Assembly (NCBI GenBank): GCA_037625715.1
Contig: JASJHQ010000035.1
Coordinates: 497 to 64,496, forward strand
Length of the DNA: 64,000 nucleotides
Source of the DNA: Flavobacteriales bacterium
GTDB taxonomy: Bacteria; Bacteroidota; Bacteroidia; Flavobacteriales; UBA7312
Direction: 5' to 3'
Part shown: positions 36,841 through 46,705 of the stretch, in pieces
Layout of the letters: each line of letters opens with the position of its first letter
Position numbering within the stretch: position 1 is the first letter of the stretch
Made by a program: the position numbers and the translations under genes
Notes under the pieces: generated by a model
What the model saw: the letters and a program-made list of their open reading frames with translations, nothing else
What the model was told of the DNA's origin: nothing
The model's database searches: none

Positions 36841-36894
36841 AGTTTTTAAATAAAAAATTTGATCCGCTAAATTAAAAAATATATCGGATGTAAT

Positions 36895-37755
36895 CTACTT
36901 TTTATGCAATAGACGCATAAAAAATAACTTGATTAAGTGTAATAAAATTAAACCGTTTACAAAGAAATTGTAAATAAAAGAGCTGTATTTGAAGTGTTTT
37001 TTAGAAAAAATCTTCATAGCTCCGTAAAAGTTAAGAACGTATTTGTATTCTAATTTGTTAGTACTTTCTCCTTTGTAATGAAGTATAGATGTTTTTCCTA
37101 AGTAATAATTATCTAATCCAGATTTCTGTATTCTGTAGGATAGATCAATATCTTCTCCATACATAAAGAAACTTTCGTCTAGCAAGCCAACATCATCTAA
37201 AATTGTTTTTTTAATCCACATAAAAGCACCAGCTAATGTATCTACTTTGTGGTTTTCGTTTTTATCTAGGTGAGATAGGTAATACTTATTAAAAAAAGGA
37301 GAATTCTTAAATAGCCTACTTAGACCAATAATTCTAAAAAAAGACACAGAAGGACTTGGAAAAGATCTTTTGGATTCGGCTAGAAAATCTCCTTGGGCAT
37401 TTACCATTTTAACTCCTATTGCTCCACATGTGTTTTTTTGTTTTGAAAAATTCAAACAATAATCTAAGGTGTCTGGATAAACCACCGTATCCGGATTTAA
37501 AATAAGAATATATTCTCCTTTAGCTAAATGAATTGCTTGATTGTTTGCAGTAGAAAAACCTACATTTTTTTTATTTTCAATAAGCTTTACGAAAGGAAAC
37601 TTTTCGCTTACCATTTTACAGGATTTATCTGGTGAGTTATTGTCTACTACAAAAACTTCTGTTTCTATGTTTATAGTTGCTTTCAGTATTGATTCTATAC
37701 AATCTTCTAAAAGCTTTTCGACATTATAGTTAACTATTACTATTGACAACTCCAT
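36895..37755 (-). CDS. Family 2 glycosyltransferase
   Basis: 286 aa. LSIVIVNYN, VVDNNSPD, NPDT, GEDIDLSYR. Confidence 0.8.
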   Translation of the reverse strand: MELSIVIVNYNVEKLLEDCIESILKATINIETEVFVVDNNSPDKSCKMVSEKFPFVKLIENKKNVGFSTANNQAIHLAKGEYILILNPDTVVYPDTLDYCLNFSKQKNTCGAIGVKMVNAQGDFLAESKRSFPSPSVSFFRIIGLSRLFKNSPFFNKYYLSHLDKNENHKVDTLAGAFMWIKKTILDDVGLLDESFFMYGEDIDLSYRIQKSGLDNYYLGKTSILHYKGESTNKLEYKYVLNFYGAMKIFSKKHFKYSSFIYNFFVNGLILLHLIKLFFMRLLHKK

Positions 37756-37847
37756 CCTGCAAATATAGTTTTTTGCTACAATTAAAATATTAACAATACT
37801 GTCAATAACTTGAATAGCTGATGGCGAAATTTTATTTAATAATAATT

Positions 37848-37855
37848 TAGATTTG
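37848..37855 (+). promoter_or_regulatory. -7 box (TAGATTTG) 5 nt upstream of the recR ATG
   Basis: Exact TAnnTTTG. The spacing implies a leaderless or near-leaderless recR mRNA. Confidence 0.5.
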
Positions 37856-37860
37856 TATAT

Positions 37861-38475
37861 ATGGAATTTTCATCGAAGTTGATAAGTAACGCAGTAGAGC
37901 AATTTTCTAAATTGCCTGGTGTAGGAAAAAAAACGGCATTAAGGTTAACCCTTCATTTGCTAAGATTAGAAAAGGAAGAAGTGGAAGATTTCGGACATTC
38001 TTTTATCGATCTAAGAAATAATATTAACTATTGTGTCGACTGTCATAACATTTCTGAAAGTGAGGTTTGTAAGCTGTGCTCCAATCCTGAAAGAGAAAGC
38101 TCTGTTATCTGTGTTGTAGAAGATATTAGAGATGTAATGGCAATCGAAAGCACTATGCAGTTCAAGGGTAAATACCATGTTTTAGGAGGAATTATTTCTC
38201 CTATGGATGGTGTTAGTCCATCTGATATTAATATTGAAAGTCTGGTAGAGAAAGTGTCCAAAGGAACAGTTAAAGAAGTAATAATGGCTCTTTCTACTAC
38301 GATGGAAGGGGATACTACCAATTTCTATATCTTCAAAAGATTAAACCAATATAATCTTAAAATAAGTGTTATTGCTAGGGGAATATCAGTGGGTGATGAG
38401 TTAGAGTATGCCGACGAAATTACACTTGGTAGATCCATTGTTAATAGAACTCCTTACGAAAACAGTCTTACTTAA
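37861..38475 (+). CDS. recR: Recombination protein RecR
   Basis: 204 aa. [12 protein letters not shown] HhH, C4 zinc finger (CVDCHN...CKLC), Toprim region VVEDIRD. Confidence 0.93.
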   Translation: MEFSSKLISNAVEQFSKLPGVGKKTALRLTLHLLRLEKEEVEDFGHSFIDLRNNINYCVDCHNISESEVCKLCSNPERESSVICVVEDIRDVMAIESTMQFKGKYHVLGGIISPMDGVSPSDINIESLVEKVSKGTVKEVIMALSTTMEGDTTNFYIFKRLNQYNLKISVIARGISVGDELEYADEITLGRSIVNRTPYENSLT

Positions 38476-38481
38476 AAAACT

Positions 38482-39894
38482 ATGTCTCCCATTCTAATTA
38501 TTGCTATAATAATTGCTTATTTCTTAATGCTAATTTCTATTTCCTTTTTAACAGGTAAAAGTGATAGTAATGAGGCCTTCTTTCTAGGTAATAAGCAATC
38601 TCCTTGGTATGTTGTAGCTTTTGGAATGATTGGTGCTAGTTTATCTGGTGTTACTTTCATTTCGGTGCCTGGTTGGGTAGAATCTAGCCAGTTTAGTTAT
38701 GTTCAGATGGTGATGGGAATGACTGCCGGTTATTTTGTAATTGCTAATGTATTGATGCCTATTTATTACCGATTAAATTTAACTTCTATCTATGGGTATT
38801 TAGGTCAGCGATTCGGTAATTCAAGCCACAAGACTGGTGCTTTTTTCTTTTTACTTTCTAGAACTATAGGAGCGTCTTTTCGTCTTTATTTGGTTGCTAA
38901 CGTTTTACAATTTGCAATTTTTGAAGATCTAAATGTACCTTTCTGGCTAACGGTAACCATTACCATTCTCTTGATTTGGATTTATACTTTCAGAAGTGGG
39001 ATAAAAACTATTATCTGGACCGATACCTTACAGACTCTTTTTATGCTGTTGGCTGTAGGAGTTAGTATTTGGCTAATTACCGATGATTTAGGCTGGGGCT
39101 TAACCGATTTATATACAAATATTTCTGATAGCGACTATAGTCAGGTATTCTTTTGGCAAGGAAAACAACATTTCTTAAAGCAATTTCTTTTTGGTGCATT
39201 TTTGGCTATTGTAATGACTGGTTTGGATCAGGATATGATGCAAAAGAATTTAAGTTGCAAGTCTTTAAAAGAAGCTCAGAAAAATATGTACTCCTTTAGT
39301 TTTGTTTTGATTATAGTAAATATTTTCTTTTTGGCACTTGGAGCTTTACTTTATATATACGCTGAAAAAAACGGAATAGCATTCGATAAAGCGGATGACT
39401 TATTCGCCGCTGTTGCTCTTAAAGGTAACTTAGGAGTTGGAGTTGGTATTTTCTTTATTTTGGGATTAATTGCTGCTGCTTATTCTAGCGCTGATTCCGC
39501 TCTTACCTCTCTTACGACTTCCTTCTGTGTAGATTTTTTAGCGATCGAAAAAAAGTCCAGTAAAGAGCAAATTTTAATTAGAAAATGGGTACACGTCGGT
39601 TTTTCTGTTTTGTTAGTAATTGCGATTCTTATATTCAAAGCAATTAACGATGATAGTGTTGTTTCAGCACTATTTAAAGTAGCAGGATATACTTATGGTC
39701 CTTTATTGGGATTGTTTGCTTTTGGAATATTCATGAAACAAAAAATACATGATAATTTCGTTCCTTTGGTAGCAGTTATTTCACCTGTAGCCTGCTATTT
39801 CCTACAGTTGTACATGCCTTTCGGATTTGAGCTCCTAATGGTCAATGGACTAATTACCTTCTTAGGATTGTGTCTATTGATTAAAAGAGCTTAA
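38482..39894 (+). CDS. Sodium:solute symporter family transporter
   Basis: 470 aa, about 12-13 TM helices, SSF-like N-terminal pattern ([32 protein letters not shown]). Confidence 0.8.
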   Translation: MSPILIIAIIIAYFLMLISISFLTGKSDSNEAFFLGNKQSPWYVVAFGMIGASLSGVTFISVPGWVESSQFSYVQMVMGMTAGYFVIANVLMPIYYRLNLTSIYGYLGQRFGNSSHKTGAFFFLLSRTIGASFRLYLVANVLQFAIFEDLNVPFWLTVTITILLIWIYTFRSGIKTIIWTDTLQTLFMLLAVGVSIWLITDDLGWGLTDLYTNISDSDYSQVFFWQGKQHFLKQFLFGAFLAIVMTGLDQDMMQKNLSCKSLKEAQKNMYSFSFVLIIVNIFFLALGALLYIYAEKNGIAFDKADDLFAAVALKGNLGVGVGIFFILGLIAAAYSSADSALTSLTTSFCVDFLAIEKKSSKEQILIRKWVHVGFSVLLVIAILIFKAINDDSVVSALFKVAGYTYGPLLGLFAFGIFMKQKIHDNFVPLVAVISPVACYFLQLYMPFGFELLMVNGLITFLGLCLLIKRA

Positions 39895-39907
39895 AAACGC
39901 TTGTTGA

Positions 39908-41074
39908 CTATTGCTCAGTTAATTGTTTCTTCTTGCTATTTCTGTAAAGAAACCATACAATTGCTGCACCTGAAATAAATAGACAGAAAGAAATTATTTC
40001 TGCTTGAGTAATTTCATTTCCGAAAAGGATGTATTTGGTGTTTACTCTAATTTTTTCAATGAAGAATCGTTCTGTTCCGTTTACCATCATGTAAATACCG
40101 AATAACATTCCAGGAACTTTTATTCTTTTTCTTATTGTCCATAAAAAAGCGAAAAGCGACAGAGCCATTATTATTTCGTAAAAGGCAGTAGGGAAAACAG
40201 GTATTGGTAGTTGATTGCAATAATTACCTATGCAACCTTCGATAGGAACGCCCGCATTTAATACGTTGTTTGGATAGGAGTATGCCCACATCCAGTCTGG
40301 TAAGAAGCTCATCCATTCTGGTTTCAATGCTAAATTGTTAACTCCCCAATCGCCATCTCCAGAAAAATGACAACCCATTCTTCCAATTCCGTAAGCAAGC
40401 ATAAGTGATGGGGCTGCAGCGTCACATAAGTATTTGTAATTGATGTTATATTTTCTAGCATACCAAATTACTGCAGCTGCACCACAGATTAGTCCTCCGT
40501 AAAAAGTTAGTCCGCTAAAGCCTAAGAGTTGACCAATAGGATCGGCCATAAAATCATCTATATTTTCTAAGTTGTGAAATATTTTAGCTCCAATTATTCC
40601 TGCAACCGCAGCAATTACGGTTATGTTTCCAACTAATTCGAAAGGGCGAATGGTTTCTTTTACAAGTTTTGGTTTTTCTAACTCTTGCTTTTTAGATTCT
40701 TTATGTTTTAAATAAATATTTACAATTAGACCAATAAAACCACCAAGCAATTCTCCTTTTAAAGAAAGTATAACTCCTTGAGGATCATTAACAAGCTGGC
40801 TATAGTCGTTAATTATGTAGAGTAGTTTGAATCCTATTAGAAAGCCTATCAATCCAGCCATTATAAAAGTGAAATTATCAAATCGTTTACCAACTAATTT
40901 ATCTTTAGTAAATGCTTTAATAAGGCCTTCCTTTTCTTTTCTTAATAACTCAAGCTTTAATGTCCAGCTACTAATTATAAATGCTAGAGCAACAAAAAAA
41001 CCAAATGTTTGAATTGGAAGTGGGAGATTAATTCCAAAAAAATCTTGTAAAAAAAAGCTGATGTTAGGATACAT
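39908..41074 (-). CDS. lgt: Prolipoprotein diacylglyceryl transferase (long Bacteroidetes form)
   Basis: 388 aa, polytopic. GGLICGA, YGIGRMGCHFSGDGDWG in place of the GRxGNFxN region. Family assignment by overall pattern. Confidence 0.75.
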   Translation of the reverse strand: MYPNISFFLQDFFGINLPLPIQTFGFFVALAFIISSWTLKLELLRKEKEGLIKAFTKDKLVGKRFDNFTFIMAGLIGFLIGFKLLYIINDYSQLVNDPQGVILSLKGELLGGFIGLIVNIYLKHKESKKQELEKPKLVKETIRPFELVGNITVIAAVAGIIGAKIFHNLENIDDFMADPIGQLLGFSGLTFYGGLICGAAAVIWYARKYNINYKYLCDAAAPSLMLAYGIGRMGCHFSGDGDWGVNNLALKPEWMSFLPDWMWAYSYPNNVLNAGVPIEGCIGNYCNQLPIPVFPTAFYEIIMALSLFAFLWTIRKRIKVPGMLFGIYMMVNGTERFFIEKIRVNTKYILFGNEITQAEIISFCLFISGAAIVWFLYRNSKKKQLTEQ

Positions 41075-41083
41075 AATTTATTA

Positions 41084-42403
41084 TTAAACAGGCTCGAAAA
41101 TGAAAACTCCATTTTCGTCCATTTTATTAATTTTTGTTTGTAAAATTTGATTGCTATGTTCTTCTTTAAAAGCTGTCTTAACTCTTAAATAATTTTCAGT
41201 GAAACCGAACATATAACCATCTTTATTTTCGTGTTCAAACAGAACGGATCTTGTTGTTCCGATCTGATTTTCATAAAATTGTCTTTTCTTTTTAGCGGAT
41301 AAAACCCTTAGCATTTTACTACGTTTACTTCTAGTAGCCTTATCAACTACATCTTCCATTATTGCAGCTTCGGTATTGTCTCTTTCGGAATATGAAAACA
41401 CATGTAAATAAGAAACGTCTAATTCATTTAGAAAGTGATAGGTTTCTAAGAATTTCTCATCAGTTTCACCAGGGAATCCTACTATTACATCTGCACCAAT
41501 GCAGCAATGTGGCATTGATTCTTTTATGCTATTTACTCTGTTAACATATAGGTCTGATAGATAACGTCTTTTCATTCTTTTTAATACATCATCGCAGCCA
41601 GATTGCAATGGTATGTGGAAGTGAGGCACGAAAGATTTAGATTGGGCTACGTATTTAATAGTTTCGTCCTTAAGTAAGTTTGGTTCAATGGAAGAAATTC
41701 TAACTCTACTAATATCTGTTATTTTGTCTAGTTCTTTAACAAGTTCTAGGAAAGTGTGTTCATGGTTTTTGTTTCCTTCTTCGCCTTTGCCGTAGTCACC
41801 TATATTTACTCCTGTCAACACGATTTCTTTAATTCCCTTTTCCGAAATTTCTTTAGCGTTTTTAATAACGTTTTCTAGCTTATCACTTCTGCTTATTCCT
41901 CTTGCAAGAGGAATAGTGCAATAGGTACATTTATAATCACATCCGTCTTGTACTTTTAGAAAAGCACGAGTTCTGTCTCCGAAAGAGTAGGCATCGCTAA
42001 AAAAGTTGGCATCATCAATTTCACAAGAATGAATTTGTGTTGTTTCTTTTTTGCTTAAATCGTTTAGGTAGGTATTGAGTTTAAACTTTTCGGTAGCTCC
42101 CAATACTAAATCAACTCCATCAATTTGAGCAATTTCTTCTGGTTTCAGTTGAGCGTAACAGCCAATGATTACAATAAAAGCTTGAGGAGATCTTTTAAGA
42201 GCGTTTCTAACAATTCGTTTACATTCTCTATCGGCATTTTCTGTAACCGAACAGGTGTTGATTACATAGATGTCAGCATTATCTTCAAAATCAACTTTCT
42301 GATAACCGTCTTTAGATACCTGACGAGAAATAGTTGAAGTTTCCGAAAAATTGAGTTTACATCCTTGAGTGTAATAAGCAACTTTTGTAGCGTTTTCTAT
42401 CAT
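41084..42403 (-). CDS. mtaB: tRNA t6A37 methylthiotransferase (MtaB-type radical SAM MTTase)
   Basis: 439 aa. N-terminal TQGCKLNFSETS...NTCSVT, radical-SAM CDYKCTYC, C-terminal TRAM-like domain. Confidence 0.85.
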   Translation of the reverse strand: MIENATKVAYYTQGCKLNFSETSTISRQVSKDGYQKVDFEDNADIYVINTCSVTENADRECKRIVRNALKRSPQAFIVIIGCYAQLKPEEIAQIDGVDLVLGATEKFKLNTYLNDLSKKETTQIHSCEIDDANFFSDAYSFGDRTRAFLKVQDGCDYKCTYCTIPLARGISRSDKLENVIKNAKEISEKGIKEIVLTGVNIGDYGKGEEGNKNHEHTFLELVKELDKITDISRVRISSIEPNLLKDETIKYVAQSKSFVPHFHIPLQSGCDDVLKRMKRRYLSDLYVNRVNSIKESMPHCCIGADVIVGFPGETDEKFLETYHFLNELDVSYLHVFSYSERDNTEAAIMEDVVDKATRSKRSKMLRVLSAKKKRQFYENQIGTTRSVLFEHENKDGYMFGFTENYLRVKTAFKEEHSNQILQTKINKMDENGVFIFEPV

Positions 42404-42484
42404 CTTTGCAAAATTAGTTTTTTAACGTTAATAATAAAGCCATTCCATCACTCAATTCTCATTGTAGATTATATCAGATATTGT

Positions 42485-42492
42485 TACATTTG
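42485..42492 (+). promoter_or_regulatory. -7 box (TACATTTG) 5 nt upstream of the ATG at 42498
   Basis: Exact TAnnTTTG within the 10-mer GTTACATTTG, which also occurs at 48900 and 49050. Confidence 0.5.
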
Positions 42493-42497
42493 GATTT

Positions 42498-44084
42498 ATG
42501 AACAAGCAACTATATTTATTACCTCTACTATTCATTTTATTTTCTTGTGGACAGGATTTTTCTGATGAAAAGCTATCCATCTTCAAGTATAATGAGGTAG
42601 CAGGAATTAATAGTTTAGATCCGGCTTTCGCTAAAGATCAGGCTAGTATATGGGCATGCAGTCAGTTATTTAACGGACTGGTTCAGTTAAATGATAGCTT
42701 GTTGGTGAAGCCATCTATAGCTAAAAGTTGGCAGGTTGATGATAATGGAAGTCGTTATACTTTTACATTAAGAGATGATGTCTTGTTCCATGAAAATAAA
42801 TTATTTACGAATATTAATCAGAGGCGAGTTAGCGCTTATGATTTTGAGTATAGTTTTGCTAGATTGATTGATCCTAAATTGGCTTCTCCTGGTGCTTGGG
42901 TGATGTCTAACGTTAAAACTTTTAAAGCAATTAACGATAGTATTTTCTTGATGGAGCTTCACAAGCCATTTCCCCCTTTCTTAGGATTATTGTCAATGCC
43001 ATATTGTTCTGTAGTTCCTCAAGAAATTATAGACCAAGATGTGTTTGACGAACAGCCAGTGGGAACAGGGCCATTTCGTTTTCAGTATTGGAAGCAAAAT
43101 GTGAAATTAGTCTACAGAAAAAATAGCGATTACTTTGAAAAAGGATTGCCTTATTTAGATGCTGTTGCGATCACTTTTATAAAAGATAAACAAACAGCAT
43201 TTTTAGAATTTCTTAAAGGAAATTTAGATTTTATTTCGGGAATAGATGCTTCTTACAAAGATGAAGTTTTGGATAAGGAAGGGCGTTTGCAAGAGAAGTA
43301 TAATGATAAAATCAAATTTTATTCCTTACCATATTTAAATACAGAGTATTTAGGGTTTTTAATGGATTCTAGCAATATGTCGTTAAGCAATCAGCTTAAG
43401 ATTAGAAAAGCAATAAATTATGGCTTTGATAGAAATAAAATGATTCGTTTTCTAAGAAATAATGTTGGCACTCCAGCAACCAAAGGGTTTATTCCTGAGG
43501 GGCTTCCATCTTTTACGGAGACTTTGAATGGTTATGATTATAATCCTGAATTAGCTAGAAAACTAATTCAAGATTGCCAATTAGAGCAAGACCATAATAT
43601 TGTGTTGAGTACTACTAGTTCTTATTTAGATATTTGTGAGTTTATTCAAAACCAGCTAGGTCAATTGGGCTTAAATATTGAAGTTTCGATAAATCCTCCT
43701 TCTACCCATAGGCAGATGGTGGCAACGTCTAAATTAGATTTTTTTAGAGGTTCTTGGATTGCTGACTACGGAGATGGAGAAAATTATTTGGCGCTTTTTT
43801 ATAGTAAAAATCATAGTCCCAACGGACCAAATTACACCCACTTTTCTAGTAAAAAATATGATTTGTTATATGAGAAGTCTTTATTAGAAAAGTCTATTAT
43901 TGAAAGGCATGCTTTGTATAATGAAATGGATCAGATTATTATAGATAATGCTGCAATTGTCCCATTGTATTACGATAGAGTCTTGCGCTTTGTTCAAAAC
44001 GATATTGTTGGCTTTCAGGGAAATGCAATGAATATGCTTAATTTAAAATCTGTTTCTAGAACTAGTCAAATGATACCGAAATAG
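42498..44084 (+). CDS. ABC transporter substrate-binding lipoprotein, family 5, stand-alone
   Basis: 528 aa, lipobox LFSC. LDPAFAKDQ, YTFTLRDDVLFH, GTGPFRF. No permease or ATPase adjacent. Confidence 0.82.
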   Translation: MNKQLYLLPLLFILFSCGQDFSDEKLSIFKYNEVAGINSLDPAFAKDQASIWACSQLFNGLVQLNDSLLVKPSIAKSWQVDDNGSRYTFTLRDDVLFHENKLFTNINQRRVSAYDFEYSFARLIDPKLASPGAWVMSNVKTFKAINDSIFLMELHKPFPPFLGLLSMPYCSVVPQEIIDQDVFDEQPVGTGPFRFQYWKQNVKLVYRKNSDYFEKGLPYLDAVAITFIKDKQTAFLEFLKGNLDFISGIDASYKDEVLDKEGRLQEKYNDKIKFYSLPYLNTEYLGFLMDSSNMSLSNQLKIRKAINYGFDRNKMIRFLRNNVGTPATKGFIPEGLPSFTETLNGYDYNPELARKLIQDCQLEQDHNIVLSTTSSYLDICEFIQNQLGQLGLNIEVSINPPSTHRQMVATSKLDFFRGSWIADYGDGENYLALFYSKNHSPNGPNYTHFSSKKYDLLYEKSLLEKSIIERHALYNEMDQIIIDNAAIVPLYYDRVLRFVQNDIVGFQGNAMNMLNLKSVSRTSQMIPK

Positions 44085-45087
44085 GAAAGTGATCGGAAAG
44101 TTCTACGTCTAAAGTCTTGTAGTTGTTTATTTTGAATTCCGGGCTCATTAAAATGTAATCAATTCTTAATGCTGGAAATTTACCGTTATAAGTTCTGCCA
44201 AATCCATATCCTGTTTTTACAAATGCATCATCCAATCCTTGGGATAGCTGATGGTATGCGTAGGATAGAGGCGTGTCATTAAAGTCACCACAAACAATTA
44301 TTGGATAAGGAGATTGATCCAAATGTTTTTTAATAGAATTAACCTCGGTTGTTCTTGTTATAAAGGATTTTTTAAGTCTTTTAAAAATATTTTCGGCTCC
44401 TTCAACAGACGGGTTTTCTATAAATTGATAGTCTCTGTTTTCGAATGTATTAGATGCTAGGTGAATGTTGTATACTCTTACGGTATCTTCCGATAATAGA
44501 ATGTCGGAATAAATACAAACATTATTAATGTTTTCTCCAGAAATACTAACAGTACCTTTTTTTATTATTGGATATTTGGAGTAGGTAGCCATTCTCCAAT
44601 GACTTCTTTTTTTCTGTAATCCTATGTGGCTGTGAGGGTATTTTATTGAAGGAAGAATGTTTGGAGCGTAAAACTCTTGTAGGCAAACTATACTTGAGTT
44701 AGATTGATTTATAAAAGAAACAATTTCTTCTTTTATACCCTCTTCTTTTATCCAGTCATACACATTGAATAGTCTAACATTAAAGCTAGTTAAAGAATAA
44801 ATGGAGTGTTTTTCGTTAGAGTTGTCTTTTAAATTTACCATTGCGCCTATGTGATTATGCCCTAGCGCAATAATTATAAGTGTAGGCCAAAAATGTCTTT
44901 TAAATTTAAATATCCAGTAAAATAAGAATAGAAGATTTACAAATAAAAGAAATGGATAGAATAGTCCTAAAAATGCAATTGGCAGCAAGAAAGTTTTTGG
45001 GTTGGCGTAAGGAGATAAATAGGAAAGAAGTAGAGCAAATAAAAAGCAAAAACTTAAGATATAAATAATGCGATTAAAAACTTTCAT
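44062..45087 (-). CDS. Membrane-anchored endonuclease/exonuclease/phosphatase (EEP) family protein
   Basis: 341 aa. Three N-terminal TM helices, then VCLQEF, NIHL, CGDFND, SDHFPI. Confidence 0.8.
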   Translation of the reverse strand: MKVFNRIIYILSFCFLFALLLSYLSPYANPKTFLLPIAFLGLFYPFLLFVNLLFLFYWIFKFKRHFWPTLIIIALGHNHIGAMVNLKDNSNEKHSIYSLTSFNVRLFNVYDWIKEEGIKEEIVSFINQSNSSIVCLQEFYAPNILPSIKYPHSHIGLQKKRSHWRMATYSKYPIIKKGTVSISGENINNVCIYSDILLSEDTVRVYNIHLASNTFENRDYQFIENPSVEGAENIFKRLKKSFITRTTEVNSIKKHLDQSPYPIIVCGDFNDTPLSYAYHQLSQGLDDAFVKTGYGFGRTYNGKFPALRIDYILMSPEFKINNYKTLDVELSDHFPISVSFD

Positions 45088-45960
45088 TTACTTTTTACTT
45101 TCTTTAAATAAGATTTCTTTTTCCTTGTCGTTAAGGCTTTCATAACCTGATTTAGATATCTTTTCTAAGATTATATTTATTTGATCTTGAGATTGTTTTT
45201 TCTCATTTCTCCATGCGTCATCCGTCTTTGCTCTTTTATGTACTGTTTTCAGATTTGGATCATTGCGAAAGAAATTGACAATACTATCCATCAAATTATT
45301 GAACCAGATCGAAATATCTTTTCCTTGTTTTAGTCTGTGGCCGAAATAGAAGCCATAAAAAGCGCCTCCAAGATGAGCAATGTGACCGCCTCCGTTGCTA
45401 GATGGTATTAGTATTATGTCAATTATAATAAATGCTATTGCTATATATTTTAATTCAAATTTAGCAACCAAAGGAATAGTTACTCTGTAGTTGGGCGTGT
45501 AGGTAGATATTGCTGTTAAAATGGCTAAAACTGCAGCGGATGCGCCAAACGCAAAGCTTTTATTACTACTGTCAAAAGCTTCTAGATAATTAAACGATAA
45601 ATAGTAAAACAAAGCTCCGAATAAACCGCCGATAACATAGGTGCTTACTAGCTGTTTGCTGTTTAGATATTGAGAAAATATTTTACCATAAAAATACAAT
45701 CCGATTAGGTTGAAAGTAAGGTGAATAAAGCCTTGATGATAAAACATGTGGCTTATTATTGTCCATGGTTTTGTTAGAAGGGAATTAAAATCTGAGCTTA
45801 AGGCTAGCCAAGAAATTATGCTAGTGTTTTGAATGGAAAAAAGAAAGAATAGAGTTGCTAGCACTTTGTAAAAAAGAAATACAAATAAATTTAAGTATAT
45901 AAGCTTACTTAGTAAATCTCCCTTTTTGTAGGATTGATGTATGTCGTTAATAATATTCAT
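45088..45960 (-). CDS. Rhomboid-family intramembrane serine protease with a basic C-terminal tail
   Basis: 290 aa. HLTFN, GASAAVLA (Ser), HLGGAFYG (His). About 80-aa charged tail. Confidence 0.85.
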   Translation of the reverse strand: MNIINDIHQSYKKGDLLSKLIYLNLFVFLFYKVLATLFFLFSIQNTSIISWLALSSDFNSLLTKPWTIISHMFYHQGFIHLTFNLIGLYFYGKIFSQYLNSKQLVSTYVIGGLFGALFYYLSFNYLEAFDSSNKSFAFGASAAVLAILTAISTYTPNYRVTIPLVAKFELKYIAIAFIIIDIILIPSSNGGGHIAHLGGAFYGFYFGHRLKQGKDISIWFNNLMDSIVNFFRNDPNLKTVHKRAKTDDAWRNEKKQSQDQINIILEKISKSGYESLNDKEKEILFKESKK

Positions 45961-46703
45961 TAATAAAAAGTGGTGCTATTTTTTTTCCAATATTTAATTA
46001 GAAAATATCCGAATACCATGCCTCCTAGATGTGCAAAGTGTGCCGTGTTGTCACCAGCATTATTTTGAATACCTAGATAGAGTTCTGCTAGTCCGTAGAA
46101 AATAACGAAGTACTTTGCTTTCACAGGGATGGCAAAGTATAGATAGATAATAGTATTTGGGAAAAGCATTCCGAAAGCTAAGAGTAGTCCGAATACGGCT
46201 CCAGACGCACCAACTGTAGGGGTGTGGTAAAGCGAATTTAATTTTCTTAGCAAAGGGTCTGTGAAGTTTTGATTGTTTTGAAGCGCGTTGTATCCGTCCG
46301 AAATAACAGAGTTTATTTGTTGAACAGACATTTGAGCTTCTACTATGGAAATTTGAAATTGACTTACCGCTAAATGAAGTGCGGCTGCTCCAAGTCCTGT
46401 TATCATGTAATAAGTTAAAAAACGTTTACTTCCCCAAATGTTTTCTAGCTGATTTCCGAACATCCATAGAGCAAACATATTGAATAGCAAGTGGCTTACA
46501 CTTCCATGCATAAACATGTGGGTTATTAGTTGGTGTGGTCTAAAGTCTGGAGATTGGAATTGATGTAGGCCCAGATGTTTTACAAGGTTAAGGCCGAAGC
46601 TGCTGTCTAAAACATAAGTGGCAAGAAAAAACAAGCCATTTATGATAAGTAGATTTTTTACTATGTCTGGAAGGTAATTAAAACTTGGAGGTCTAAAATT
46701 CAT
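45960..46703 (-). CDS. Rhomboid-family intramembrane serine protease
   Basis: 247 aa. HLLFNM, GASGAVFGLL, HLGGMVFG. Confidence 0.88.
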   Translation of the reverse strand: MNFRPPSFNYLPDIVKNLLIINGLFFLATYVLDSSFGLNLVKHLGLHQFQSPDFRPHQLITHMFMHGSVSHLLFNMFALWMFGNQLENIWGSKRFLTYYMITGLGAAALHLAVSQFQISIVEAQMSVQQINSVISDGYNALQNNQNFTDPLLRKLNSLYHTPTVGASGAVFGLLLAFGMLFPNTIIYLYFAIPVKAKYFVIFYGLAELYLGIQNNAGDNTAHFAHLGGMVFGYFLIKYWKKNSTTFY

Positions 46704-46705
46704 CT

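Noticed and set aside
36497-36853. 118-aa ORF antisense to the 5' third of the E2 acyltransferase gene
   Set aside because: The Ser/Thr/Ala-rich translation mirrors the lipoyl-domain and Ala/Glu/Pro linker region on the other strand. It is an expected open antisense frame, not an independent gene.
42365-42565. 66-aa ORF spanning the mtaB start / SBP promoter region
   Set aside because: It overlaps the mtaB 5' end, the promoter box and the SBP signal peptide in another frame, with a hydrophobic junk translation.
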